Origin: a virus
IMG/VR virus record: IMGVR_UViG_3300021963_009993
Location: 32,001-96,000 of that record
Reading direction: 5' to 3' (one strand)
Length of the DNA stretch: 64,000 bases
Under the pieces are notes generated by a model. The model was not told where the DNA came from. It was given only the letters and a program-made list of their open reading frames with translations, and ran no database searches. The position numbers and the translations under genes were made by a program. This document shows, piece after piece, positions 44,520-54,968 of this stretch. Each line of letters opens with the position of its first letter. Position 1 is the first letter of the stretch.

Positions 44520-45837
44520 TTTAAATGACTGGTTGATAAATGAGGAAGATGTATTGGCATCAGCTTTAGACCCACTAGCTGGTGGCCCACCATCTGGCGC
44601 ACAACCTCCGGGGTTGCCGGGTGCTGGTGCAATAAGTCCTCCACCCGGAGCAGATGCAACAGTAAATCCTAATCCACTTGAAGCTCCAGTTCCACAAGAT
44701 GGCTCTGGACAACAAGTTGCAGCTGGTGAAATACAAGTCTCTCCACCTGATTCTCCAGATATGCCTGAAGAACAAAAGTCTCAGACATTTGATGATTGGA
44801 GAGCTAAGTTTTTCAAGGAATCAATAAAGTCTGATGTTAATCAGCTAATCGAGATGATTAGCAAGATAAGAAATAATGATTTGGATACTTATCCAAGAAA
44901 ATTTGTCGAAGATAATCTTCAGATCTTATTCTTAAGGCAGAATGCCAACATCGACAAGGCATCACAAGAAATCAGAAAGTCAATCAAAGACCAACTTGAT
45001 CAAAACAATCCATCAACAAGCTTGGTTCAATATATGGTCAATAGCTTACAGAACACTCCTGACTTGTCGAATGTTTTCATAAAGCTTATAGGTCTTTATG
45101 GAAGCAAAGGCGATGCACATAGAAAGTATGTTGCTTCATTGCTTGGTGCAGTACAAGTTGGTAGTGGTGGTCAGAACGAAGATCTGATTTTCAATCAAAG
45201 AGAATACTCAATAAAAATATCAACAAGAATAAACTCAAAGTTTGGAATGGTTGACTTGGGTAGATGGTCAATGAGCATCGATGACCCAGAGAAGTTTCTT
45301 TCCGATCCAGAAATAGAAAGACTTGAAGATGGAAGTCCTGAAGAAAAGGATGTTCTAAGAAAAAGAGTTATGCTTGAGAGCATGGCCGATATTTTCCGCA
45401 TGAGGGCTTTTTTCATCAATGTCATCGGAAATGATGGAACTGTATATTTTGTCGGCTTGGATTTAAGTAACGGGTTAAAAGAAGGATATTCAAATGGCAA
45501 ATTAATTGTAAAGACTATGGTGAATGATAATTCTGAAGCCCTTTACAATGATCAAGGTGAGTTGACTGAACTTGTAGATATTAAAGTCATGTACCAGAAG
45601 GAAACTGGCAAATTAGATGAGAATGGAAATCCACAATACAAGGAAATAGAGTTTATTGCAAAAAAAGAAGGAATGTTATTTTTGACAGCCAACCTAGAAA
45701 CACTCAAAGAAGCTGCTTCTGCTTTCCAAGGTTTAGTTGTCAAGGAAATACCCTACAACGGAAATCCAAGTGACATACCATCTTTGATGAGATGTGTGCC
45801 AAGTATGCCTGAAACATTATTAAGAAACTGTCTTTAA
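44503..45837 (+). CDS. Hypothetical protein with divergent tag and Pro/Gly-rich linker
   Basis: MSKWNNLNDWLINEE; GGPPSGAQPPGLPGAGAISPPPG. Confidence 0.7.
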   Translation: MSKWNNLNDWLINEEDVLASALDPLAGGPPSGAQPPGLPGAGAISPPPGADATVNPNPLEAPVPQDGSGQQVAAGEIQVSPPDSPDMPEEQKSQTFDDWRAKFFKESIKSDVNQLIEMISKIRNNDLDTYPRKFVEDNLQILFLRQNANIDKASQEIRKSIKDQLDQNNPSTSLVQYMVNSLQNTPDLSNVFIKLIGLYGSKGDAHRKYVASLLGAVQVGSGGQNEDLIFNQREYSIKISTRINSKFGMVDLGRWSMSIDDPEKFLSDPEIERLEDGSPEEKDVLRKRVMLESMADIFRMRAFFINVIGNDGTVYFVGLDLSNGLKEGYSNGKLIVKTMVNDNSEALYNDQGELTELVDIKVMYQKETGKLDENGNPQYKEIEFIAKKEGMLFLTANLETLKEAASAFQGLVVKEIPYNGNPSDIPSLMRCVPSMPETLLRNCL

Positions 45838-45848
45838 GGATTAAAAAT

Positions 45849-46388
45849 ATGAGAACATTTCTTGAATTTTTCCATAATCATAATACAGAAGACACCTGCG
45901 AGAAACTAGTACTTTTAAAGAAGGTTTTAGAAAAAGGTGGTCTTCAGGTACATGATGGAACACATGATCATCTCAATCCTTTTTTGTTTGTGAAAGCATG
46001 GCCAAAACCAAATAGCTTTGAAGGAATAAGATTTTATATGAATGGAGACATACTTTCATTCAGAGTTCAAAAGTATCAAGAAACACAACCATATGGCCAA
46101 GCTTACCATATGGATGTTCAAAAGATGTTTGAAGATAATATTCTGAATAAGAAGGATGAAAAGGAAGCTTTGGCAGAGACATTCAAAGCAATAGACCAAA
46201 AAGTCAGAAAATTCTTCAGAGACAGCAAGAAAGCTGAAGATGAAATAGTTAAAACACAAATAACAAGTATGGATATTGAAGACAAGACAGATGATGGAAG
46301 GCTTAATAGAAAACCAGATGATGCACCTTTGATTGTGAATCCTTATGGTGGCGATTATTCAAATAAAGTTTATAGCAAAGGAAATTAA
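45849..46388 (+). CDS. Hypothetical protein with tag-like N-terminus
   Basis: Starts MRTFLEFFH. Confidence 0.65.
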   Translation: MRTFLEFFHNHNTEDTCEKLVLLKKVLEKGGLQVHDGTHDHLNPFLFVKAWPKPNSFEGIRFYMNGDILSFRVQKYQETQPYGQAYHMDVQKMFEDNILNKKDEKEALAETFKAIDQKVRKFFRDSKKAEDEIVKTQITSMDIEDKTDDGRLNRKPDDAPLIVNPYGGDYSNKVYSKGN

Positions 46389-46405
46389 TAAATTTTAATT
46401 AAAAT

Positions 46406-46921
46406 ATGCCAAGTGAAATAGACAATCTTTTTGTAGCAGCGCAAAATCTTGCCAACAAGACGGGAGTAAACAGGTATCAACCGGCATATCAAACACTAAG
46501 AAAAGGCACAATAATTCAATTTATTTATGACCTTGCGAAGCCCGGCCATGACAAGACACCTTTGGTTATAATAACTGGGATAAATGACAAGTATATTTGG
46601 GGTCTTAATTTACATTATCTATTGTTTCCAGAGATCAAGAGACTACTTCAAAGAAGAGGCTATAATGCCTGTAATAATCCAAATTTCTCATACGATAATA
46701 TCAAATCCGACGACTATATAGTATCAGCGTTCAGACAGTACAAAAAATTTGCAATTAGAAGAATGAATATTTTGAATTGTGACTATCTTCTGAATGTAAT
46801 GGCATCTGTCCGTGCTGTCGATCCACAAGAAATAGAAGCATTGCGCTCAAATATAAGAGAGCAACTTAACAGGACAATAAACCCAACATTTAAAAACATA
46901 AAACAGACAGAGATTAGATAA
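46406..46921 (+). CDS. T4 gp2-like DNA end protector
   Basis: G.I.QFIYD...HDKTPLV...WGLNLHYL. Confidence 0.6.
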   Translation: MPSEIDNLFVAAQNLANKTGVNRYQPAYQTLRKGTIIQFIYDLAKPGHDKTPLVIITGINDKYIWGLNLHYLLFPEIKRLLQRRGYNACNNPNFSYDNIKSDDYIVSAFRQYKKFAIRRMNILNCDYLLNVMASVRAVDPQEIEALRSNIREQLNRTINPTFKNIKQTEIR

Positions 46922-49900
46922 TGGCAAAAGACTCACTAGGAAGAGATGTTGACCTTGGCGACATGAGCATAAAAGATGTCAAATCCATGCTTCAAAGTCT
47001 TATGTCAGGTGCAGTTGGCCCTAAAACTGATGTTGGAAATAAAAAAGATCCTACCACAGAAAAAATAGCCGAAGTAGCAAGTTTGCTTGAATCCCTTAAC
47101 AAGACAATAGGAAAAGATTTAAAAGAAGCAGTTGCTTACATGGAAATGGCTGTTGCAGCCAAAGACGGTAAAAGCAGTTCCTCAGATGCAAAAGCTTTTA
47201 CAAACGATGTAACTCAAAGCATGACTTCTCTTGCCGACAACATAAAAGATTTACACAAACATGCGACAACAAAAGGTAGCCTTTATGTTCATGACCAAGG
47301 AGCGCATGACTTATTAACTAAGATATACGACCAATTATCTTCAGGTGGAAGTGCCATTCCATCTTCTATACCATCAGCACCTAGTCCTAGTAGCCCTAGC
47401 GGTGGCAACATTGCTCCAAGAAGGAGAAGAGCCATAAGTTATGATGATGATTATGGTTATGATTTTGATGATCCATCCAAAAGACTTTTCAAACAAATAG
47501 AAAAAGCGACTGCTGCAACAGAAAGAACAATTTTTGCAATTAGTGAAAAGGGTGAAAGTCTTCAGGAAACATTATTCGGTGGTCTTGTTGACAACCAGTT
47601 GAAGTTTATAAAAGATTCAAGACAAGCAGCGTATGCTGTAGCTGGGATAACAGGTGAAGCAAAAGGTTTGCAAAAACAATTTACTGAAGTTGAAAGAAGC
47701 GCATATCTTACAGGTTTTGGCAGAGAAGAACTTCAAAAACAATATCTTACAAATTTGAAAACTGGAATTCGTGATTTAAAAACAGCTCAAAAAATATCTG
47801 TTGCATCCTTGAACACAGAAAATCAGTTAGGATTGGCTGCTGGTTCTTTGAATGAAAACTTCCGTGATTTAAATTTACAAGCAAAGTTTACTGATGCACA
47901 AATTGCCGATGCTGGCAGAGGGATGCGTGAGGTAGCAAGAAACACAGGACTAACCGGCGAAGCATTGACCAAGGCAATAGGTAGCAGCAAACAATTTACA
48001 GAACAAATGAGAAATGCTGCGACATTGACTGCATCCGCAAATAAAAACATTCTTGAAATTGTCGCAAACGCTCAAAAACTTGGTGTTGATAAAGCAGCTA
48101 GTGCCATATTAAGCAAAGCGACAAGTAGTGCCGATTTGATATTAAATGCCTCTGACCAAACATCTAACTTGCTGTATCGTGCTGCATCAGCTGTTGGAAG
48201 AGTTGGCGATTTACAAAAAGGTATTTTGACAAGAAGTAAAGCTGGATTAAAAGATCTTGGAAAAGGTTTTGAAAGTATATTAAAGCAATTTGGTGTGCAA
48301 AGTCTTGAAGCCATAGACAATCTTACAGATGAAGACAAGTTTAGAATTAATGTTCAATTAAAAGCAGCTTATGGTGTTGAGCTTGGAGAATTGAGAAACT
48401 TAACCGAAGTATTAAACGAGTCAGGCAAGGGATTATCAGACAGACTTGCTGATATTAATAAAAAAATGCAAGGCAATCTTACATTGGAAGAAAAGAATGC
48501 CTTGATGGAAGAAATTAGGCAAAAGAAGACTAGTGCAGCTTTGAGTGCCTTGACAGCTTTAGATGAAGCAGCCAAGGGTGCAAAAGACATGAACCAAGCT
48601 TTAGCCAAATTTGGTTCAAGAAAATCAGAATTTGAAGGTGATATAAAAGCTCTTGGTGGAAGCTTTGGTAGCGCAACAGAAGCAGCAAGAGTTGCATTGA
48701 ATGAATCAATAAAAAATATTAATGCCGGATTACAGCAAAGTGGAAAAGAAGGAATAAAGGTAGACAGTTCCGAAATTGAAAAGGCCTTGAGAGATCCAAC
48801 GGCATTAAGAGAATTGACAGCGAAGATTACCAAGGGTGAACAAGAACTAGCAACAGCACAAAAAGCTCAACTAGATCCAATGACTGCTGTTCAACAATCC
48901 TTCGCTGAATACAATGATTTGTTCAAAGATTATAGTACTGGTGCGATAAACTCGTTGACTAATCTTGTTGGAAAAACAGGATTTATGGTTGCTGGCATAG
49001 GGACAATTGGAATTCAACTTGCTTCTTTGACAGCCAACTTAACAAATAAAAGTGGTTTGATTGGGGGATTGGCAGAGCAGATAGGCAGTCTTGCTGCTCA
49101 AGGTAAAGAAGGTGGCCTTGGTGGGATAGCTGCTAGCTTAGGCGACTACATATTTAATTTCAGCAAGATTAAACAAAGTTTATCTCCAATATTTGGTGAA
49201 AGTGCAGCATTAACAGAAGCAGCAGCAGAAGAAGCTGGTGGTCTTCCAACTCCTGTTCCTACACCAACTCCCACTCCAACTCCAGTACCGACACCACCAC
49301 CAGCACCGTTGCCAACTGGCCTTGATGCAATTTGTCAGCAAATGTTGACAGTTTTAAAAGACCAACTTGATTTGATGAAAAAAGACAATATTCAATCAAG
49401 AATTAAATTTACAAAGAAATACTTTACAGATTACTTGAAGCCGATGGCCAAGCATATCGAAGAGCTTAAGACAGCTTTGGTTGCTGGGCCTATTCCATCA
49501 CCTTCCACAACTAGTCCATCGGGAAGTCCACCTGTAACTACACCAGGTGGTGATGACAGTATTATTGATGGTTTAAATAGCGGTGCATTTTTTGACAAGG
49601 CACAAAAATTCTTACAAGAACAAGGGCCAAAACTAGCTGTAATGGCTGTGGCTTTGGTTGCATTGGCTACTGGCATAATAGCTATTGCCAATAAGATATT
49701 AAAATTTAGTGGATTGAATATTCAAGAGGCTGTTGAAACAGCAGCTGCAATAGGCACGATTCTTGGTTCAACAGCAATATTAATAAAAGCAACAATAGAA
49801 GGTTACAAAAAACTTGACGAGTATGAAGGCGAAATAAATGCATTAAAGCCAGAGAAATCTTTAAAAGTTGGACTTAAAATTGGTGCTTTAGCATTGGCAT

Positions 49901-52900
49901 TGTTTGGGTTAGCTACTGGTGTTGTTTATGCTGTCAACAAAATAGCTGAATTCGCTGGAATTAACATAGCAACAGTAGCAGAAACAGCAGGTACTATTGC
50001 AGGCGTTCTTGGCTCTGTTGGTTTAATTGCTGAAGCTGTCAAGAAAGCAATACCATATCTTGAAGAAAATGCAGAATTTTTTGATAGTCTTTATGAAAAA
50101 ATTCCAGCGATAGCAAGAGGCGCAATAGTTGTTGGCTTACTAGCACCAGCTATGGTTTTACTTGGAGTTGCTGTTTTAGCTCTTACTGTTGGTTTGGCAA
50201 AATTAAGTGGATTTGATGCACAAAGTGCATTAAAGTCAGGGTTGCTTGTTGCAGCAATAATAGGATCTGCTGGAATAATAGCTGCTTCTGTTGCTGGGGC
50301 TATATTCGGTTTGGAAGCATTGGGAACTTTAGCAACTGGATTGAATCCAGCAACTTTAGCACTTATTGAAGCTGGAGCGTGGACTCTACTACTAGCAGGA
50401 CCAGCATTAACACTACTTGGAATCGGAGTCCTAGCATTAACTAGTGGAATAGCAAGTCTAACAGGCTTTGATGCTGGCACAGCTTTAAAAGCAGGTCTGA
50501 CGGTTGCAGCAATTATATTTAGTGCTGGTCTAATAGCTGTTTCAACATTAGCAGCACTAGAAGGTCTTTTCCAACTTGGATTGTTGGCACCAGCTTTGTA
50601 TCTTGCTTTGCCACTTATTTATTTTGGAGCAGAAACATTACTGTTATTTGCACCAGCAATGACATTGCTAGGTCTTGGTGTCTTAGCTTTGACAGCTGGT
50701 GTTGCTTCATTGACAGGAATAAGTGCTTCTGATGCTCTTAAATCTGCTGGATTAGTAGCAGCAATCATTTTTGGTGCTGGTTTAATAGCCGTTGCAACTA
50801 TTGCTGGAATAGCTGGACTATATGGTCTTGGAGAACTGGCAAAAAAATTAAACCCTGCTGCCATAGGTTCTATATTCCTTGGAGCGGGACTTTTGTTTTT
50901 ACTTGCTCCAGCGATGACTGCGCTTGGTTCAGCTTTATTGCTGTTGACAAATAGTGTTGCTGGTGCATTTAACATAGATGCTGGTAAAGCTGAAGAAATA
51001 TCAAATACAATAGCAGCGATAATATACGGAGCAGGTAAAATAGCCTTGGCTACCGTAGCAGGCATAGCCGGACTTGCTGCTTTGGGTTATTTGGGAACAC
51101 AGGCAGTTGCCTACATTCCTTTGATTTTGATTGGTGGAGTTGCACTTGCTATTTTAGCACCTGCAATAGCAGCTTTGGGTGCTGGATTGCTTTCTTTTAT
51201 AGATGGTGTTGCTTCTAATTTTGATATTGATGCAAAAAAAGCTGAAGAAGTTGGGGATCTTGTATCAACGATAATTTATGCGTGTGGAAAAATAGCAGTT
51301 GCTACTGCATTTGGCATAGCCGGATTAGCATTATTCCCAGCAGTATTACCCCTCGTTCCTTTGGCATGGCTTGGTGGCAAGATTCTTAAATGGCTTGCCC
51401 CCGGTTTAGTAGAACTTGGTGCTGGTCTTCTGAATGTTATTGATGCAAAAGCAGCATTGGCTGATATTGATTCTGGAACGGTAAAAGAAACAGCAGATTT
51501 TTTTGAAGCGTTGCTTGTGGGACTAGGCAGAATAGCAGACGCAACATTATCTGGACTTAATTCTTTGGCTAATTTTGGAGTAGCCTTAGTAGGATTATTT
51601 TTTTACTGGCCTTTCATTAGAAAAGGTCAAGAAGCATTTAGAACAGTAGTACCCGATTTGCTTCTTTTAGGAACTATAATAACATGGCAAATTGGGACAC
51701 TTGCTGATGCTTTTGGATTAGATGCGGAAATAGTTGCAGAAGCTGGTGAAATATTTACAGCACTTGCAGACACAATATCAATAGTTGTTGAAAAATCGAT
51801 GCAAGCTCTTAACTCCCTTGCCGTATTGGGTGCCTTTTCAGTACTTGCATTTTTTATAAGCCCTTTGATATATGCTGGCAAATTAGCGTTTTATGGTTTG
51901 GTTGGTGAATTAGTTGGATTGGCAGCAGCACTTGCTGTTGCACACAAGATGTTTATAGCTGTTGGTTTCGACGCTGAAGTTGGCGAAGAAATCAGCATGA
52001 TATTGAATCAGATGCAAACAATATTCCATGACATTTCAAGCGTTCTTAATGATTTTGTTGGAACAGTCATTCCATTGTTTAGCTCATGGTCAATATTCGG
52101 AAGTGTTTCTTATCAAATACAAAAATACATACCAGAAATACGAACAGCATTTTTCAACATAGTATCTTTCTTGTCTAGTGGGATTATAGCTCCACTATTT
52201 ATGCTCCCACCACCGGCAGCCTTAGAGCATGCAAAGAAAATTCTTGAACCACTACCAACAATATTCAGCAGCATAGCAGCAGCCATAAATTCAGTTGCGA
52301 ATGAACTTGTTCCATTGTTTAAAGATGGTTGGATATTTAGTTCTGCTGCTTCCAAGATAAAACCACTAATTCCAGAAATGCGTGAGGGCATAGCAACTGT
52401 AACGAGTTTTGTTGGAGAAGGAATTATAGATCCTGTTTTGAGCAACATAGGAAATCCAAGAGATGCCAAAATAGCTGCCGAGGCATTGAAAGCAACCAGC
52501 GAAATAATTCAAGTTCTGCCTAGCGTAATAAACGGCGTTGCTACTGACTTGGCAAGATTAACCAAGACTGGTTTCTTTGGTGGTGCAAGCAAATTTACCA
52601 AAGCTCTCGATGTTGCCAGAGGAGATTTCAAAGAATCATTTACAGAAATAGCAAAATTCATTGATGAAGGAATCATCAATCCAATATTTGCAAATATAGG
52701 AAATCCAAGGGATGTGAAAATTGCAGCAGAAGCCTTAAAAGGAATTTCAGAAATGATTCCTTTGATTCCTCCTGTTGTTGATAGTATTGAAAAAGAACTT
52801 GGGCCTTTTGTAAACAAGCCAAGTGGCAGAAAAAAAATTGCCAAAGCTCTTAGAGTTGCTACTGGTGGATTCAAAGAGAACTTTGAAGCCTTGACCATGT

Positions 52901-54399
52901 TTATCGATCAAGGAATCATAACTCCAATATTCCAAAATATTGGCAATCCAAGAGATGTAAAGATTGCAGCAGAGGCACTCAAGGGAATATCTGAAATAGT
53001 TCCTTTAATTCCCGTGGTAATCAAAGATTTAACAACAAATCTTGCTCCATTGGTAAAAGGAAATGGAAGAAGTGCGTGGAGAAAAGCACCTTTAGACAAA
53101 CTGTTGCAAATCACACCATTTTTCCAAGAAAGCTTTATCAAACTTGCCCAATTCCTTGATGAAGGCATAATAACTCCTATATTTGAATACATTGGCAATC
53201 CAAGAGATGTAAAGATTGCAGCAGAAGCATTGGCTGGAATAAGCCAAATAGTAACAACATTACCGGGAATAATTCAAACATTAGTCTATAGCTTGCCTTG
53301 GATGTACAATGAAGTAAAGAAAATGACAGGTATTACTGACGAGGGTGCAACTCCCGGCGAAGCAGCAATGACATTTGCCAACATTTACAAATTCTTAAAT
53401 GCTGGATTGATTGATCCCATATTCTCTGAATTCAAAGATGTTGATAGGCTTCTGCAAGCAGTAGAAATAATGAAATTGATTGGCAAGGTTGTGCTTGTAA
53501 CCAAAGAAAGCATATTAACTATGGGTAAAGTCTTAAATGACTTCTATGGTGGTTTCTTTGGATTTTTCAAGAGCCCGGTTGCCAAAGCTGGCGATAAAGT
53601 AAAAGACTTCGCAAAGTTTTTCAAAGGAATAGCCAAGGCTCTTAATGAAGGCATAGTTGGGCCTGTCGTGAACAACTTGCCAGAATCATCTCTAATACAG
53701 GATGCTATTTACAAGATTCAATATACAACAGAACTATCTGATATGTTGCCATCGAACATACAGCGCATAGCAGCCAATTTGAATTCAATATCTCAATCTG
53801 GTATTGGTTTCGATCCATCAACTAGCGGCGATTACTTAAATGGATTTTTCTTAGACCTTGGTGCTTTTGTTGATGTGGCATTTGGTTCTGGTAATTTAAC
53901 AGCAACTAGCGAGGCACTTGAAATAGCCGTTAGTGAAGTTTCCAGCATTGAATCAAGTTTCGCAAGTTTAGCTGGTTCCTTGGAATCTATACAAGCCTCC
54001 ATGATACGAATTGCAGCTGTTGGAGATAGTTTTGGTGGATTAAATTTATCTTCCGCTGCAAATAATATAGCATCTGGAATAAGTACTATATCTTCTGCTA
54101 CTACTGGATTGGTTTCAAGTACATTCCCGAATGGGCCTACAAATCAAATTCGTGCTGAGTATGTTTCAACTGGGCCGGGATCTGCTGCTGGAGTTGGCGA
54201 GCTTAGTGGAATCAATGCGATATTGAGTGAAGAAGTTTCATTGACCAGACAAATGGTTCAAATCATGGGTGAGATTCGTGACTCATTAGCTGATGAAGGT
54301 GCTGATACAAGTGGGAATTCACCAAGTGGTAGAAAAATAACAGTACCTGGATTTGCAACTGGCAATTTCAATCAAAGCAGCATAAGAGAAGCGGAATAA
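46921..54399 (+). CDS. Tail tape measure protein (2492 aa)
   Basis: Very long, Ala/Gly/Leu-rich helical protein with hydrophobic middle and ~81-aa C-terminal repeats; directly upstream of baseplate genes. Confidence 0.85.
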   Translation: MAKDSLGRDVDLGDMSIKDVKSMLQSLMSGAVGPKTDVGNKKDPTTEKIAEVASLLESLNKTIGKDLKEAVAYMEMAVAAKDGKSSSSDAKAFTNDVTQSMTSLADNIKDLHKHATTKGSLYVHDQGAHDLLTKIYDQLSSGGSAIPSSIPSAPSPSSPSGGNIAPRRRRAISYDDDYGYDFDDPSKRLFKQIEKATAATERTIFAISEKGESLQETLFGGLVDNQLKFIKDSRQAAYAVAGITGEAKGLQKQFTEVERSAYLTGFGREELQKQYLTNLKTGIRDLKTAQKISVASLNTENQLGLAAGSLNENFRDLNLQAKFTDAQIADAGRGMREVARNTGLTGEALTKAIGSSKQFTEQMRNAATLTASANKNILEIVANAQKLGVDKAASAILSKATSSADLILNASDQTSNLLYRAASAVGRVGDLQKGILTRSKAGLKDLGKGFESILKQFGVQSLEAIDNLTDEDKFRINVQLKAAYGVELGELRNLTEVLNESGKGLSDRLADINKKMQGNLTLEEKNALMEEIRQKKTSAALSALTALDEAAKGAKDMNQALAKFGSRKSEFEGDIKALGGSFGSATEAARVALNESIKNINAGLQQSGKEGIKVDSSEIEKALRDPTALRELTAKITKGEQELATAQKAQLDPMTAVQQSFAEYNDLFKDYSTGAINSLTNLVGKTGFMVAGIGTIGIQLASLTANLTNKSGLIGGLAEQIGSLAAQGKEGGLGGIAASLGDYIFNFSKIKQSLSPIFGESAALTEAAAEEAGGLPTPVPTPTPTPTPVPTPPPAPLPTGLDAICQQMLTVLKDQLDLMKKDNIQSRIKFTKKYFTDYLKPMAKHIEELKTALVAGPIPSPSTTSPSGSPPVTTPGGDDSIIDGLNSGAFFDKAQKFLQEQGPKLAVMAVALVALATGIIAIANKILKFSGLNIQEAVETAAAIGTILGSTAILIKATIEGYKKLDEYEGEINALKPEKSLKVGLKIGALALALFGLATGVVYAVNKIAEFAGINIATVAETAGTIAGVLGSVGLIAEAVKKAIPYLEENAEFFDSLYEKIPAIARGAIVVGLLAPAMVLLGVAVLALTVGLAKLSGFDAQSALKSGLLVAAIIGSAGIIAASVAGAIFGLEALGTLATGLNPATLALIEAGAWTLLLAGPALTLLGIGVLALTSGIASLTGFDAGTALKAGLTVAAIIFSAGLIAVSTLAALEGLFQLGLLAPALYLALPLIYFGAETLLLFAPAMTLLGLGVLALTAGVASLTGISASDALKSAGLVAAIIFGAGLIAVATIAGIAGLYGLGELAKKLNPAAIGSIFLGAGLLFLLAPAMTALGSALLLLTNSVAGAFNIDAGKAEEISNTIAAIIYGAGKIALATVAGIAGLAALGYLGTQAVAYIPLILIGGVALAILAPAIAALGAGLLSFIDGVASNFDIDAKKAEEVGDLVSTIIYACGKIAVATAFGIAGLALFPAVLPLVPLAWLGGKILKWLAPGLVELGAGLLNVIDAKAALADIDSGTVKETADFFEALLVGLGRIADATLSGLNSLANFGVALVGLFFYWPFIRKGQEAFRTVVPDLLLLGTIITWQIGTLADAFGLDAEIVAEAGEIFTALADTISIVVEKSMQALNSLAVLGAFSVLAFFISPLIYAGKLAFYGLVGELVGLAAALAVAHKMFIAVGFDAEVGEEISMILNQMQTIFHDISSVLNDFVGTVIPLFSSWSIFGSVSYQIQKYIPEIRTAFFNIVSFLSSGIIAPLFMLPPPAALEHAKKILEPLPTIFSSIAAAINSVANELVPLFKDGWIFSSAASKIKPLIPEMREGIATVTSFVGEGIIDPVLSNIGNPRDAKIAAEALKATSEIIQVLPSVINGVATDLARLTKTGFFGGASKFTKALDVARGDFKESFTEIAKFIDEGIINPIFANIGNPRDVKIAAEALKGISEMIPLIPPVVDSIEKELGPFVNKPSGRKKIAKALRVATGGFKENFEALTMFIDQGIITPIFQNIGNPRDVKIAAEALKGISEIVPLIPVVIKDLTTNLAPLVKGNGRSAWRKAPLDKLLQITPFFQESFIKLAQFLDEGIITPIFEYIGNPRDVKIAAEALAGISQIVTTLPGIIQTLVYSLPWMYNEVKKMTGITDEGATPGEAAMTFANIYKFLNAGLIDPIFSEFKDVDRLLQAVEIMKLIGKVVLVTKESILTMGKVLNDFYGGFFGFFKSPVAKAGDKVKDFAKFFKGIAKALNEGIVGPVVNNLPESSLIQDAIYKIQYTTELSDMLPSNIQRIAANLNSISQSGIGFDPSTSGDYLNGFFLDLGAFVDVAFGSGNLTATSEALEIAVSEVSSIESSFASLAGSLESIQASMIRIAAVGDSFGGLNLSSAANNIASGISTISSATTGLVSSTFPNGPTNQIRAEYVSTGPGSAAGVGELSGINAILSEEVSLTRQMVQIMGEIRDSLADEGADTSGNSPSGRKITVPGFATGNFNQSSIREAE

Positions 54400-54436
54400 A
54401 CAATAAATAACTAACTAAGTTAGTTTGGAGATTTAA

Positions 54437-54967
54437 ATGCCAATAGCAACAAACCAAAGCGGTAATCTACTACCAATCAAAGATTGTTATATTGAAGCAG
54501 CTGGTGTCCGAATAACTTTGGACAATTTGCCAGATATATCAGATACACATAGTGCTGATTATCAGTCTGAAGCTGGTATTGGTCGTTCTTTGCCCAGCAA
54601 AACATTTACAGCTGGTGGTGATAGAAGCATAGGCTGGAATATGAAGTTCATTGCGGATTCGGAGGCAAAACTTCAACAGAATTTATTACAGCTTCGATTT
54701 TTACAAAGCTTGACATATCCAAGAACATCAACCAGTAGTTTGCCATTTATACCACCAGCAATAGCCAAGATTAAATGCGGAAGTCTTTTGGGAAATGATC
54801 CATTATGTGTTGTGTTGACAAACTATAGTGTTAAGTTTCCAACTGATGTTCCTTGGTCTGAGACATCATATGTTCCTTATAAATTTGAAGTTGATCTTAG
54901 TTTTGTGGTTGTTTATGACAGCGGAAATCTTCCGGGGGCAGAGAGAATTATTACTTTGGGGAATTAA
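54437..54967 (+). CDS. Tail tube initiator/baseplate tube protein (gp48/gp54, P2 gpU-like)
   Basis: GIGRSLP...F.AGGDRSIGWNMKF...L.FLQSLTYP...PP...IKCG; position after the TMP. Confidence 0.7.
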   Translation: MPIATNQSGNLLPIKDCYIEAAGVRITLDNLPDISDTHSADYQSEAGIGRSLPSKTFTAGGDRSIGWNMKFIADSEAKLQQNLLQLRFLQSLTYPRTSTSSLPFIPPAIAKIKCGSLLGNDPLCVVLTNYSVKFPTDVPWSETSYVPYKFEVDLSFVVVYDSGNLPGAERIITLGN

Positions 54968-54968
54968 C

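Noticed and set aside
47823-53198. Many minus-strand ORFs inside the tape measure gene
   Set aside because: Shadows of Ala/Gly-rich GCN/GGN codon usage; no independent signals.
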